A stretch of 64,000 bases of DNA, taken from sequence record PP968062.1. One strand, 5' to 3'. Below, one piece after another: positions 48,403-57,096 of this stretch (position 1 is its first letter; every line of letters starts with the position of its first letter). The position numbers were made by a program, and so were the translations under genes. The notes under the pieces are model-generated. The model was not told where the DNA came from, made no database searches, and saw only the letters and a list, made by a program, of their open reading frames with translations. This stretch comes from Pseudomonas phage HPP-Temi.

Positions 48403-48749
48403 TGCGCGTTTTCCTGTTTGGATTTCTTGAGTTGTTCGTCGAAGGCGGATTGTGCACTCGACACATTATCCTGAGCCTTGGTAACTTTTTCCGGAATGGT
48501 CGACTGATCCACTACAGGAGCATCGAACCGAGTTACCAGAGCTTGTTTCACCGGAGTGGTGATCTGGAGCAGGGAGGATTGGAAGACGCCTACAATCGCC
48601 AGAGCGATCAGGAAGCGCTTACCACCACCCAGTTGTTTTACCCATTCTTTCTTGGAGAACAGAACGAAGCCTGCCGCAAGAACAGAGATCAGAGTCAGGA
48701 TAGCGTACAGAAACGGCGAACCGATAATAGCGATGTTCAGGTTGTGCAT
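48399..48749 (-). CDS. two-TM membrane protein coupled to the SPFH gene (NfeD-like partner?)
   Basis: 4-nt overlap with the SPFH gene; two hydrophobic helices. Confidence 0.55.
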   Translation of the reverse strand: MHNLNIAIIGSPFLYAILTLISVLAAGFVLFSKKEWVKQLGGGKRFLIALAIVGVFQSSLLQITTPVKQALVTRFDAPVVDQSTIPEKVTKAQDNVSSAQSAFDEQLKKSKQENAQ

Positions 48750-48756
48750 GATTACC

Positions 48757-49101
48757 TCAGTTGTTGATATGGTCGAAGTATTGATCGGCTAAGTTCTTTC
48801 TTTCGTCAGAGAGAAGACTTACACCCACGGAGCGATCACTTGCGGATCGGCTTCTTTTCAGCTTCGAATCGTAGTTACGCGAGCAACGATAGTTACCGGT
48901 ACTCAGGAACCGAAGGGCCAGAAGGATACCTTCCGTAATTCCTTCATCGAACGCGTCTTGTTGCGCAGCGTCTTGGTAACGGAGCACGTTTTCACGGCTG
49001 AACGTCTCATGAGTATCTGCAAGCTCTTCGAGGAATAGACCATTTGCTCTTAACCACTCTTTATTTGGTGTTAAAGGTTTTTGCGTTTTCTCGGCACTCA
49101 C
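48757..49101 (-). CDS. hypothetical protein (ends ...YFDHINN)
   Basis: 114 aa. Confidence 0.5.
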   Translation of the reverse strand: MSAEKTQKPLTPNKEWLRANGLFLEELADTHETFSRENVLRYQDAAQQDAFDEGITEGILLALRFLSTGNYRCSRNYDSKLKRSRSASDRSVGVSLLSDERKNLADQYFDHINN

Positions 49102-49351
49102 GAATAGCCTCCGGAGTTAATTGTAGACGACCGTTCTGAGTTACCTGATTGACACAGTCTTCGTAGTGTTTGACCATAGCCAAACTAGCAGCCGCTTCAC
49201 GATCGAGCCTTGCTTGTTTATCGCTATTGCCCTGGATGATACCACCAATGATCCCCATGATCGCAAGAAGGATCATCGCTTCGATAATGGTGATCTCTGG
49301 CAACCAGCCCCAGATACGAAAACGTTTCCTTCTTTTGGTAGCGAGGTTCAT
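49061..49351 (-). CDS. hypothetical protein with type-IV-pilin-like N-terminus
   Basis: KRRKRFRIWG-WLPEITIIEAMILLAIMGIIGGI resembles a prepilin leader, Gly, then a hydrophobic helix with Glu near +5. Confidence 0.45.
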   Translation of the reverse strand: MNLATKRRKRFRIWGWLPEITIIEAMILLAIMGIIGGIIQGNSDKQARLDREAAASLAMVKHYEDCVNQVTQNGRLQLTPEAIRECRENAKTFNTK

Positions 49352-49686
49352 TAGGTGTTTACCCCTGCGAATAGATCGACCGTGAGATCAGGATACCAAG
49401 GCGTGCTAGTCAGCTGGATCTTACCTTCGCTGTCATACACGTCCGCACCGGTTATCATGATCTGCCCATGAGTCTGGATGGCGTCGATTGCCTCTTTTGC
49501 GGAGAGTCTAGCAGTACGCATAAACAGGTCAGCCATATCGCGACCCTCGCCATTATAGTAGAGATCCTTGAATCCCTCATTAATGACGCTATCTACACGA
49601 TCACGAATTTCTTCCTGTAAGAGTTTAGTCTTGTTAGTTTGAAACTCGTTGGTGTAATACGGGTATTCTACTTCCGCTTCTTCCAT
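49351..49686 (-). CDS. small acidic protein, VN[ST]-tail family (ends ...FAGVNT)
   Basis: 111 aa. Confidence 0.55.
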   Translation of the reverse strand: MEEAEVEYPYYTNEFQTNKTKLLQEEIRDRVDSVINEGFKDLYYNGEGRDMADLFMRTARLSAKEAIDAIQTHGQIMITGADVYDSEGKIQLTSTPWYPDLTVDLFAGVNT

Positions 49687-49883
49687 ACGTTCACCTCAGT
49701 GATCGAACTACGTTTCATCCGATGTCTCAATGACGACGATGCTTTCTCTGTTGCCTCTGTCCAACCACCGCCATAGACGGTGTGGAATGCATTGATCTGT
49801 GTGTGCAGGTCATGGGTAGCCATAACCTTACCAAGTCCACGAGACTCGTAGTACTCGATCAAAGCGTTTGCTGGATCACTCAT
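49668..49883 (-). CDS. hypothetical protein
   Basis: 71 aa. Its start lies within a duplicated 24-nt segment that encodes HYDRVNS-stop. Confidence 0.45.
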   Translation of the reverse strand: MSDPANALIEYYESRGLGKVMATHDLHTQINAFHTVYGGGWTEATEKASSSLRHRMKRSSITEVNVWKKRK

Positions 49884-49908
49884 GAGTTTACCCTGTCGTA
49901 GTGTCTAG

Positions 49909-50148
49909 TCACGAGTTGACGTCTTCATACCAGGACCTAGTCAGCTCCTGTTTAAGTTCAACGACAGCACCCATACCGCCAGTCAGGACCGCTGTTTCGA
50001 CGGCCAAGGCGACAGCGGATAGAGCATGATCGACGGCGTTTTCTATGGTTTCTTCACGTTTGGCATCGACACGAATGGCATTGATACCGATAAGTAACTG
50101 GGTGCGAGCTTTGATGTTAGCTTCGACGATTTCGGTTTGTTCCGACAT
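49909..50148 (-). CDS. small acidic protein, VN[ST]-tail family (ends ...WYEDVNS)
   Basis: 79 aa. Confidence 0.55.
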   Translation of the reverse strand: MSEQTEIVEANIKARTQLLIGINAIRVDAKREETIENAVDHALSAVALAVETAVLTGGMGAVVELKQELTRSWYEDVNS

Positions 50149-50239
50149 TTCTAATATTTCCTATTTAGAGAAGTTTACACCTATCAGAGCTAAGCTGGTG
50201 ATGAAGTTACGGATCATGTTTCGTTGAAAATAGGGTGAT

Positions 50240-50581
50240 TCACGAGTTTACTCTATCGTAGTGATACGAATAGATAGAACTCGCAACATGACTAGCAGAA
50301 CCTGCATTTAAAGAATGGTTCTCAACCATCTTCACCGCACTCTGTGTGATGTCACCGACTTTGTAAGCAAACTCAGTCAGCCACTCTCGCACAGACCCTT
50401 CAGCTATACCAGTCTTGTCGACTACGTCAACTGTTGCTTTATCCAGAAGATCGTCCAACATGGCAACACCGACATTGATGATTGCTTTCTCAAGGTCGAT
50501 AACCACGGCAGAAAACTCCCCACTCACTCGGAGCAGGGAGTCGAGGTCAGGATCGTTCCAATCTAACGAAGGTTCCTTCAT
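50240..50581 (-). CDS. small acidic protein, VN[ST]-tail family (ends ...HYDRVNS)
   Basis: 113 aa. Confidence 0.55.
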   Translation of the reverse strand: MKEPSLDWNDPDLDSLLRVSGEFSAVVIDLEKAIINVGVAMLDDLLDKATVDVVDKTGIAEGSVREWLTEFAYKVGDITQSAVKMVENHSLNAGSASHVASSIYSYHYDRVNS

Positions 50582-50871
50582 TAGGTATTCACGGATTCGA
50601 AGTAAGTCTCGGACAGGCCAGACACACAGGTCAGGTTAACGCCGGGATCTTCCTCGTGGTCGGTGGAACCAGAGATGATGTCTTCGTAGTGATTCTCTAC
50701 CGCATCGAGAACGCCACCGACGGTATAGTCAATAGCAGCAGTAGCTGCACCAACCAGAACATCGTGACCATCATTGGTGTCATCTTTCGACAACTCCTTG
50801 ATTTTGTTCTTGAACAGCTCGATAGCTTCGTTACGTACTTCTACAGCAGCGCCAATCAGTTGAGTAGCCAT
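50581..50871 (-). CDS. small acidic protein, VN[ST]-tail family (ends ...YFESVNT)
   Basis: 96 aa. Confidence 0.55.
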   Translation of the reverse strand: MATQLIGAAVEVRNEAIELFKNKIKELSKDDTNDGHDVLVGAATAAIDYTVGGVLDAVENHYEDIISGSTDHEEDPGVNLTCVSGLSETYFESVNT

Positions 50872-51371
50872 TAAGCTTCTCCTACAAGTTGTTTGGTTTT
50901 GAGACGCAGTTTGTGTTGCCGGTATTTCAGGATGGAGGATGCCTTGACCTTGCCTTCAATGATCCGCTTGGTTTCTTCGGTGGTAAAGTCAGCATCGATC
51001 TGATAGATGAAATGTTTCTCGTAGAAATGTTGGAATCCATTGAAACCATAATAACCACGAAGCAACTTCCCACCAGTCAGCCGACGCAGTTCCTTGATCA
51101 TTCCAGAACCAATGCCTTTCTTGCGTTGATCTGGCTTAACGTAGAACATGCAGATGTTCTGGCGACACACTTTGTACAAGATGTAACCAACCATCTCTCC
51201 GTTCGTATCATCAATCGCCATCACCACACGGTAACGACTCACGGTACCATTTTTCAGAATGGACTTGACGTAACGACAGAGCGAACCGGAATGTTCATAA
51301 AGTTTATTCTCAACTATCAAACGTAGAGTCATCCTCACGAGGACGGGTGTTTCGATGATACTGTAGTTCAT
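50871..51371 (-). CDS. GNAT family N-acetyltransferase
   Basis: 166 aa; motif A RKKGIGSGMIKEL fits the R/Q-x-x-G-x-G/A signature. Confidence 0.6.
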   Translation of the reverse strand: MNYSIIETPVLVRMTLRLIVENKLYEHSGSLCRYVKSILKNGTVSRYRVVMAIDDTNGEMVGYILYKVCRQNICMFYVKPDQRKKGIGSGMIKELRRLTGGKLLRGYYGFNGFQHFYEKHFIYQIDADFTTEETKRIIEGKVKASSILKYRQHKLRLKTKQLVGEA

Positions 51372-51739
51372 CAGCTGTTTACCAACTTGAAGTAATCGAC
51401 AACACCTTCCGAGATATCGATCGCTTCGACATCTTCAGCGGCGAAAGGAATCCAGTTACCACCCGCTTCTACTGCCTCAGCTTTCTCTTCCTCACCTACC
51501 TTTGGGGAAAGAGTAAAACCCGGACAGTCCGGATGACCACCTTCAATGATACCCAGAACACCAGAGATGATTTCATCTGCCAGCGCTGCATTCGGGTTAA
51601 CGTAGGCTTCGAACTTACCCTGCTCAGCTTCAGAGAGGATTTCATCACGTTTACCTTTTACCGCACCAACAAAGAGATCACGTACTTCACTGAAAGTGGC
51701 AGCACGTGGTTCACCGTTACCTTCGAAATATACTGTCAT
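51371..51739 (-). CDS. small acidic protein, VN[ST]-tail family (ends ...YFKLVNS)
   Basis: 122 aa. Confidence 0.55.
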   Translation of the reverse strand: MTVYFEGNGEPRAATFSEVRDLFVGAVKGKRDEILSEAEQGKFEAYVNPNAALADEIISGVLGIIEGGHPDCPGFTLSPKVGEEEKAEAVEAGGNWIPFAAEDVEAIDISEGVVDYFKLVNS

Positions 51740-52158
51740 GGCAGTTCAACCGCTATAGTTAGATCTTCTTTGAATTGCTCGAACTCCTCATCGGTTAACT
51801 GACGAGAAGAGGTCATGCAACGACCGGGATATTGATACCAGGTAATACAGACATCTTTCCAGATCAATGCAACTTCATCCAACCCTGGAAGGCGGAATGT
51901 CTCAAGTACGTCAGTCTTCAGGGTGGGTCCACCAGGATACGGGTTCAGTCGTTCGTGATCAACTTTACTGATCTCTTTGAGAAGATCATAGAGAGGACCA
52001 TTGGAGACAATAACCCAATTGGAGGCCAGGGCAATATCCTCTTCAGGAATGCTTGCCCAGTGCTCGCGCTCGCAGTCGTCCATATCCTCATCAAGCGGTT
52101 TCCCACCGATCAAGGAATAGGCATGTTGTGCAACTTCAACCAGCCTCATGTTTTTCAT
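51736..52158 (-). CDS. hypothetical protein
   Basis: 140 aa. Confidence 0.55.
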   Translation of the reverse strand: MKNMRLVEVAQHAYSLIGGKPLDEDMDDCEREHWASIPEEDIALASNWVIVSNGPLYDLLKEISKVDHERLNPYPGGPTLKTDVLETFRLPGLDEVALIWKDVCITWYQYPGRCMTSSRQLTDEEFEQFKEDLTIAVELP

Positions 52159-52499
52159 AGCTTGATCCTGATTTTGGTTATACCACAGCTGTGTTCACCA
52201 AACTCGACTTTCTTCCAACCGGAAGCTTTCAGGCGAGCAAGGACTTCTTTCTTAACGGCAGGTGCAATCTCGTCTTTATGTTCAACGACGATTTCATAGT
52301 TCTTGACGTAATGGAAGTTGTTGTAACCCGGTAGGTTCTCAAGCATCTTGGTGCGGATGCTGACACAGACTTCATCAGCTTGTCGGACAATCAACATTTC
52401 GATGATTTCAGCACGAGTCGGAATCGTGGTATTGCCAACTTCTTTCTGGAGAGTCAAGATCGCATTCGCCAGTTGTTCCTTAGATATACCGAGAGTCAT
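52155..52499 (-). CDS. hypothetical protein
   Basis: 114 aa. Confidence 0.55.
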   Translation of the reverse strand: MTLGISKEQLANAILTLQKEVGNTTIPTRAEIIEMLIVRQADEVCVSIRTKMLENLPGYNNFHYVKNYEIVVEHKDEIAPAVKKEVLARLKASGWKKVEFGEHSCGITKIRIKL

Positions 52500-52951
52500 C
52501 GTACAAGTTCTCCAACAGTCAAGAAGACTTTAATGAGAGTTTCAGTTTCGGTTGCATCGTGGGGATTCTGGACATCGAGTACCTCCACGAAATAACCATG
52601 TTTACCGATAGCTTCTTTTACAGAGTTCTTCAGGTCTTTCGGAAGGATATGCATGACCTGTACTTCGAACCAGGCTGCTCCTTCTTTGTTGTACTTGATG
52701 TTTTCGTAGTTACCACCGTAGCTATCCAGTTCCATTTCCTGACGCAGATCCCGAAGAATCTGAGTGGTCATGTATTGGACATAGTGACGATAGAAGCTAT
52801 CATGTTGTTCGATTAAAACAGTTTTGTCCCGAGTGAAACGAAGTACTTCCCGTTCGTTCAGGGGGATGATCCCACCGTTACTCACCGAAGCGCACTTGCT
52901 TGAGGAGAGCCAGGGTAGCCACTTCCAGTAGTTCGTCATCTTCAACCTCAA
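52496..52951 (-). CDS. hypothetical protein
   Basis: 151 aa. Confidence 0.55.
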   Translation of the reverse strand: MRLKMTNYWKWLPWLSSSKCASVSNGGIIPLNEREVLRFTRDKTVLIEQHDSFYRHYVQYMTTQILRDLRQEMELDSYGGNYENIKYNKEGAAWFEVQVMHILPKDLKNSVKEAIGKHGYFVEVLDVQNPHDATETETLIKVFLTVGELVR

Positions 52952-53462
52952 TATCTCTCAGTAGCATCATTCCGTCCCATTCGAAGCAACGGTCTTTAAG
53001 GGCAGCGTTAACGCTACTCGGAATCATCAGGTAGACATCGTACTCTTCGCCATCATCATCCAGTTGTCCCAAGCTATGCATCGTGACATCACCCATTTTA
53101 GGGATTGGAGTCATTCGATGAACACCAGGGGTATTGGTGACTTTGATGAAGGTCTTGATGTCCTGAGTGAACTCCATTGATTCACTAATAGCCTTATCCA
53201 AGAAGGTCTCATCCGTCAGATTGACCAGACTGAAACGACCTTGCGGGATATAACGCGTACAGTTGGAATTGCAATACGTCTGGACGATAGGAGTAACAGC
53301 TAGTTCCCATCCAGTTTCATTCTCTGGGCTTGGCATCCAAGACCCATGAATGATTGCGATCTTGTTACCCAATGATACCACCTCGGATAGGCTCTTGATC
53401 TTGGAAGGAAATCCGTACAGTGGGAAGCAGTTCGCCAGCACGTTCTTCCCAACCAATCTCAA
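52878..53462 (-). CDS. hypothetical protein (start uncertain; may begin at an internal Met)
   Basis: 194-aa track ORF; the 5' end overlaps the next ORF. Confidence 0.5.
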   Translation of the reverse strand: MRLVGKNVLANCFPLYGFPSKIKSLSEVVSLGNKIAIIHGSWMPSPENETGWELAVTPIVQTYCNSNCTRYIPQGRFSLVNLTDETFLDKAISESMEFTQDIKTFIKVTNTPGVHRMTPIPKMGDVTMHSLGQLDDDGEEYDVYLMIPSSVNAALKDRCFEWDGMMLLRDIEVEDDELLEVATLALLKQVRFGE

Positions 53463-53539
53463 GACTGCGAATACGCTTTGCGATATCGGGATTGGAAGCG
53501 AGAATAGACTTGCCGCCGTTTACGAGAACTTGAAGACGG

Positions 53540-53716
53540 TCACCGGAACGACTGGACATTTGCAGCTACCTCTTGACAGGAGAGTGGATATTTAATGCAT
53601 TGCTCAGCTTGCCGTTCAGCATGCTTCTTACTGTAGATACAGCCAATGATCATCAATGCAATTACTGAAATGATCATCAGCCAAATTGATTGTTTCCTCT
53701 TATGCGTCATTTGCAT
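53540..53716 (-). CDS. small membrane protein (58 aa)
   Basis: Internal Met with an SD aagga. TM segment IWLMIISVIALMIIGCIY. The track ORF runs into the terminator. Confidence 0.45.
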   Translation of the reverse strand: MQMTHKRKQSIWLMIISVIALMIIGCIYSKKHAERQAEQCIKYPLSCQEVAANVQSFR

Positions 53717-53734
53717 GTTCCTTGTGAATTTAGC

Positions 53735-53775
53735 TAATACGTAATATAGATTTGAAAAAAATTTTAGTGTACAAA
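53735..53775 (-). promoter_or_regulatory. conserved promoter-like element (GTAATATAG on plus = CTATATTAC on minus) with an AT-rich upstream tract
   Basis: The minus strand reads TTTGTACACTAAAATTTTTTTCAAATCTATATTACG. This is nearly identical to the element at 63637. Confidence 0.45.
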
Positions 53776-53800
53776 GCCCTCTCCCGAAGGAGAGGGCATA
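53776..53800. terminator. hairpin gccctctcccgaaggagagggc (identical to the copy at 56662; near-identical copy at 21681)
   Basis: GC stem-loop seen in sequence. Confidence 0.65.
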
Positions 53801-53804
53801 TGTC

Positions 53805-54254
53805 TTATTTCTTTTCTGCCGGGTTGGGTACAGTAAACGGTTTAGGATCAAAACTCTTACTCATCCTGCAAGCAGAGAAAAGCCTTTCTGCGGCACGATC
53901 GGTAGCGGTCATCCCATTAAAGCCGTTATGGCCAAACTGTTTCCTATACCGCGTGATATCGACATGGAAGTTAACGATCTTGTCTTTGATATACCACAGC
54001 GCAGTAAGATTCGCAGTGATTTCGTACTCCATGGTTTTTGGCATATCTTTTGCTTTGTTCCATAGAGTCCAGTATGCCTTCTGAACGGCAATAGAAGCCT
54101 GATCGGAATTGGCGTTTTTCTCTTCGATCTGATTACCTACAACAATACTGGTTTGATATACCAGCGCGCAAACGTCATCGTTCAACGCGAGGTAATTATT
54201 CGCATTAACAGCGAAAGAGAAAAACATAAGAACGAAAGCAGCTACGTATTTCAT
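53805..54254 (-). CDS. secreted protein (signal peptide)
   Basis: 149 aa; N-terminus MKYVAAFVLMFFSFAVNA. Confidence 0.55.
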   Translation of the reverse strand: MKYVAAFVLMFFSFAVNANNYLALNDDVCALVYQTSIVVGNQIEEKNANSDQASIAVQKAYWTLWNKAKDMPKTMEYEITANLTALWYIKDKIVNFHVDITRYRKQFGHNGFNGMTATDRAAERLFSACRMSKSFDPKPFTVPNPAEKK

Positions 54255-54268
54255 GGGATCTCCTTAAT

Positions 54269-54724
54269 TTAGAGGGCGCGCCCATTGATGGGACGAAGAT
54301 ATTCAAATTTGGTACCGATGGCTTTCTTACAATCGAGGTAAGTGGCACCACCGATAAAATCAGGATACTGACTGAGATTACCTTTTAGGTTAAGCCAATT
54401 AAGGCGGTAGGTTTTACTATAAAGGTTATTATGCAGGGTTGGTGAATAAACTGCAATGTAGTGGAATATTGCCCAACTAGTCGGATCTTTTGTTTCGTTG
54501 TTCAAAAGAACGGTAACGACCTGCTGTGAGAGATCACGAGCACTTACATTGCTTTCCATGTTGTCAATAGCGAGAGCAGTTGCGAAGATCTCAACTTTTT
54601 CACAAAGCTCTACATCGACCACACGGGTATCCCGCATGAAACCTTTGGGTGGTGGTGCAGCATTGGCTACACTCAACACCGCCAGCATTACAAAACCTAC
54701 AATAAGACGAGCGAACATATTCAT
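54269..54724 (-). CDS. secreted protein (signal peptide)
   Basis: 151 aa; N-terminus MNMFARLIVGFVMLAVLSVANA. Confidence 0.55.
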   Translation of the reverse strand: MNMFARLIVGFVMLAVLSVANAAPPPKGFMRDTRVVDVELCEKVEIFATALAIDNMESNVSARDLSQQVVTVLLNNETKDPTSWAIFHYIAVYSPTLHNNLYSKTYRLNWLNLKGNLSQYPDFIGGATYLDCKKAIGTKFEYLRPINGRAL

Positions 54725-55077
54725 TTACTCCCTGCGAATTTGTAACCCACGTTAGCTTCACAACTTTCGATTATTGCCTGGACAATATCTTTATCAGGAT
54801 AACTCTTAGATATATTGCGACGAATGTCCATGACCAGAACTTGAGCATAGACCGCACCTGTACGAATGTCTTCGTTATCGGTGTTACCCATGCGCTTATT
54901 CAGGTAGGACATCGCTTGAAACTGATCTCCCCCGTTCCGAAAAATCTTGATAACATCACGGGACATGGACACAGCGATCTTACAGGATTTCTCGGTGATC
55001 AGTTGGTCTTTCTCTGCGAACGAAGGTTGGCAGCCAGTGAACAGCATGATCAGAAAAGCGAGTACGTAACGTTTCAT
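54721..55077 (-). CDS. lipoprotein
   Basis: 118 aa; N-terminus MKRYVLAFLIMLFTGC with lipobox LFTGC. Confidence 0.55.
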   Translation of the reverse strand: MKRYVLAFLIMLFTGCQPSFAEKDQLITEKSCKIAVSMSRDVIKIFRNGGDQFQAMSYLNKRMGNTDNEDIRTGAVYAQVLVMDIRRNISKSYPDKDIVQAIIESCEANVGYKFAGSK

Positions 55078-55099
55078 CTTCTTAACCTCTTTGGTGTGT

Positions 55100-55150
55100 A
55101 TATCAAGTTTGTAATATAGCCTTTAAAAGGCTTTAAATGTTAAATTGAAA
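55100..55150 (-). promoter_or_regulatory. conserved promoter-like element with perfect palindrome GCCTTTAAAAGGC
   Basis: caagtttgtaatatagcctttaaaaggctttaaatgt. Confidence 0.45.
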
Positions 55151-55185
55151 AGGACATAAAGCCCTCCCCGAAGGGAGGACCTCAT

Positions 55186-55458
55186 TCAGAGAGCGTAAGA
55201 CTCAACGATAGGGCCAACTAGGTAGCCCACCCATATAGCCATTACACACGGCATTGCAAAATCATGCATGTCCATCCAACGCTTGAACCACTTGGGAGAA
55301 CGCTTGAACACCCACTTCCAAATATCTCGCGCTTTGAATTGGATATACACGTAGAACCAGATGGAGACACCGATGAACAGAAATATTGCAGCCTTCTCAT
55401 GGTAAGCCGAGATGTAAGCTGTAATGATGCCAACGATGATCGCTAGGTAGTATTGCAT
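55186..55458 (-). CDS. membrane protein
   Basis: 90 aa with multiple hydrophobic helices. Confidence 0.5.
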   Translation of the reverse strand: MQYYLAIIVGIITAYISAYHEKAAIFLFIGVSIWFYVYIQFKARDIWKWVFKRSPKWFKRWMDMHDFAMPCVMAIWVGYLVGPIVESYAL

Positions 55459-56063
55459 TATACCTCCAGTTTGGCGAGCGCTTCATCCAGGAACATTTTG
55501 AACACATCTCGTACAACCGGATGCGCTTTCGTCATCCGATTATAGAGATCGAGTTTCTCGTTGAGGAACACCGGAGCAAACTTCGGAGAGTCTTCAACAA
55601 TAACGTAGACGTTAGTCAGAGACTCGATCAGTTTACAGGTTTGCGTGATATCGCAGCACGACTCCAGTTGGGTGTGGTAAGTATCAATACGAACTTTGCG
55701 CGGAGCATCGAAGTTCGGTTGAGTCAAACCTTTCACAAGCCTGGTGATATAAGGAGTGAAGTGAACCAATACATCTTCAATGGTCCAACTACTATCCTCA
55801 ACAATGTCATGAAGCCACAAAGCAGCTTGCTCACCGGGTCCCAGGCCGAATACCTTGGCGATGGTAGCGGAGTTGTGTAAGTGGGTCCATACAGGCAAAC
55901 CAGAGCCTTTACGACGCTCTCCTGATCCGATCGTGTAACCTACCCCAATAGCGGCTGCCAACTCTACAGTATGGTGCCCTTTCCATAGCGGAAGCACGTT
56001 CGCTGGAAGGCGAGTATCCAAGATAGCTTTAACTTGCTGATATGCTTCTGCTACTACGTCCAT
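55458..56063 (-). CDS. HD-domain phosphohydrolase
   Basis: 201 aa; H..H...LHDIVED pattern (HLHNSATIAKVFG ... ALWLHDIVEDS). Confidence 0.6.
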   Translation of the reverse strand: MDVVAEAYQQVKAILDTRLPANVLPLWKGHHTVELAAAIGVGYTIGSGERRKGSGLPVWTHLHNSATIAKVFGLGPGEQAALWLHDIVEDSSWTIEDVLVHFTPYITRLVKGLTQPNFDAPRKVRIDTYHTQLESCCDITQTCKLIESLTNVYVIVEDSPKFAPVFLNEKLDLYNRMTKAHPVVRDVFKMFLDEALAKLEV

Positions 56064-56099
56064 AACTTACTCCAGGGTGAATAAAATTTCGGTTTTCCC

Positions 56100-56579
56100 T
56101 TAATTGGGGAAAAGGATATGCTCATTGGGATCAATAAAGAAACCACAATTGACGAGGATAACATCCATCCAGGTTTTAGTCTGGAGGATACCTACCTCAT
56201 GTGCATCTACTAGATCAATGAGATCCAGTGGATCGAATGAACCGTAATACGTAGGTCCATCTTCCAGCTGGAATTGGTAGAAGCGGAGTCTCGATGTGTC
56301 CTCTTCATCCAACGGATCAAGAGTATCATCTGCATCTTCATCGTCGTCATCCAAACCTAGCATCAGATCTAGTACGTGTTCACGATAAAGGAAACGCTGC
56401 CCACTTTCTACAGTGAACATATGCTTCTTACCTGCAACTGGGATACGGCGTTTGAATTGAGGTTCTGCAATGAAAGCACGATAGCTTTCTTCCAGACCAT
56501 CAGCTCGACCACAGGCCAGCGTTGAGGAACGGATAGCGGTTAACATCACTGCTTCCAAGATTGGATGCATCTCAATCAT
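56100..56579 (-). CDS. acidic hypothetical protein
   Basis: 159 aa with the Asp/Glu-rich stretch DDDEDADDTLDPLDEED. Confidence 0.55.
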   Translation of the reverse strand: MIEMHPILEAVMLTAIRSSTLACGRADGLEESYRAFIAEPQFKRRIPVAGKKHMFTVESGQRFLYREHVLDLMLGLDDDDEDADDTLDPLDEEDTSRLRFYQFQLEDGPTYYGSFDPLDLIDLVDAHEVGILQTKTWMDVILVNCGFFIDPNEHILFPN

Positions 56580-56663
56580 TGCTGCCTCCTATTGACAGGT
56601 TGATGATCACTTACATGATGTAGATCTAAGATAATTTTTAACAAAAAGAAAAACGATAAAAGT

Positions 56664-56690
56664 CCCTCTCCCGAAGGAGAGGGCTTTATA
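56664..56690. terminator. hairpin ccctctcccgaaggagaggg followed by CTTTATAT
   Basis: GC stem-loop seen in sequence. Confidence 0.6.
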
Positions 56691-56694
56691 TCAC

Positions 56695-57087
56695 TTAGGC
56701 TTTCGGTGCGTCGCAGTTCTGCGCGATATTACGAAGAACTTCTTTCAGGAGAGCACGCATCCAACCTTCGGAACGAATACCTTGACGGTACTTATGTATG
56801 ATGGTTATCCGCCCGATAGCATCCTTATCGAACTCGTATTCGATCCAGCTGGTTTCTTTATTACGAGTAACCGTCACATTGATAATGAAGCGATCAGGAG
56901 CTTCCGATTTCCAGTCAATGCGAACATCGACTTTGTGATCATCAGGACCTTCGGCGTTCTCTACGATGTACGGAAGTTTCTCCGGGGTTACCTTGTCCAG
57001 GATGAATTGGAACAGGGCAATAGCCACTGCATCGTATTCAACATGGTACAGCTCATTACGACGGAGACGGTGAAATTCCTGATCCAT
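56695..57087 (-). CDS. hypothetical protein
   Basis: 130 aa. Confidence 0.55.
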   Translation of the reverse strand: MDQEFHRLRRNELYHVEYDAVAIALFQFILDKVTPEKLPYIVENAEGPDDHKVDVRIDWKSEAPDRFIINVTVTRNKETSWIEYEFDKDAIGRITIIHKYRQGIRSEGWMRALLKEVLRNIAQNCDAPKA

Positions 57088-57096
57088 ACCTGTTCC

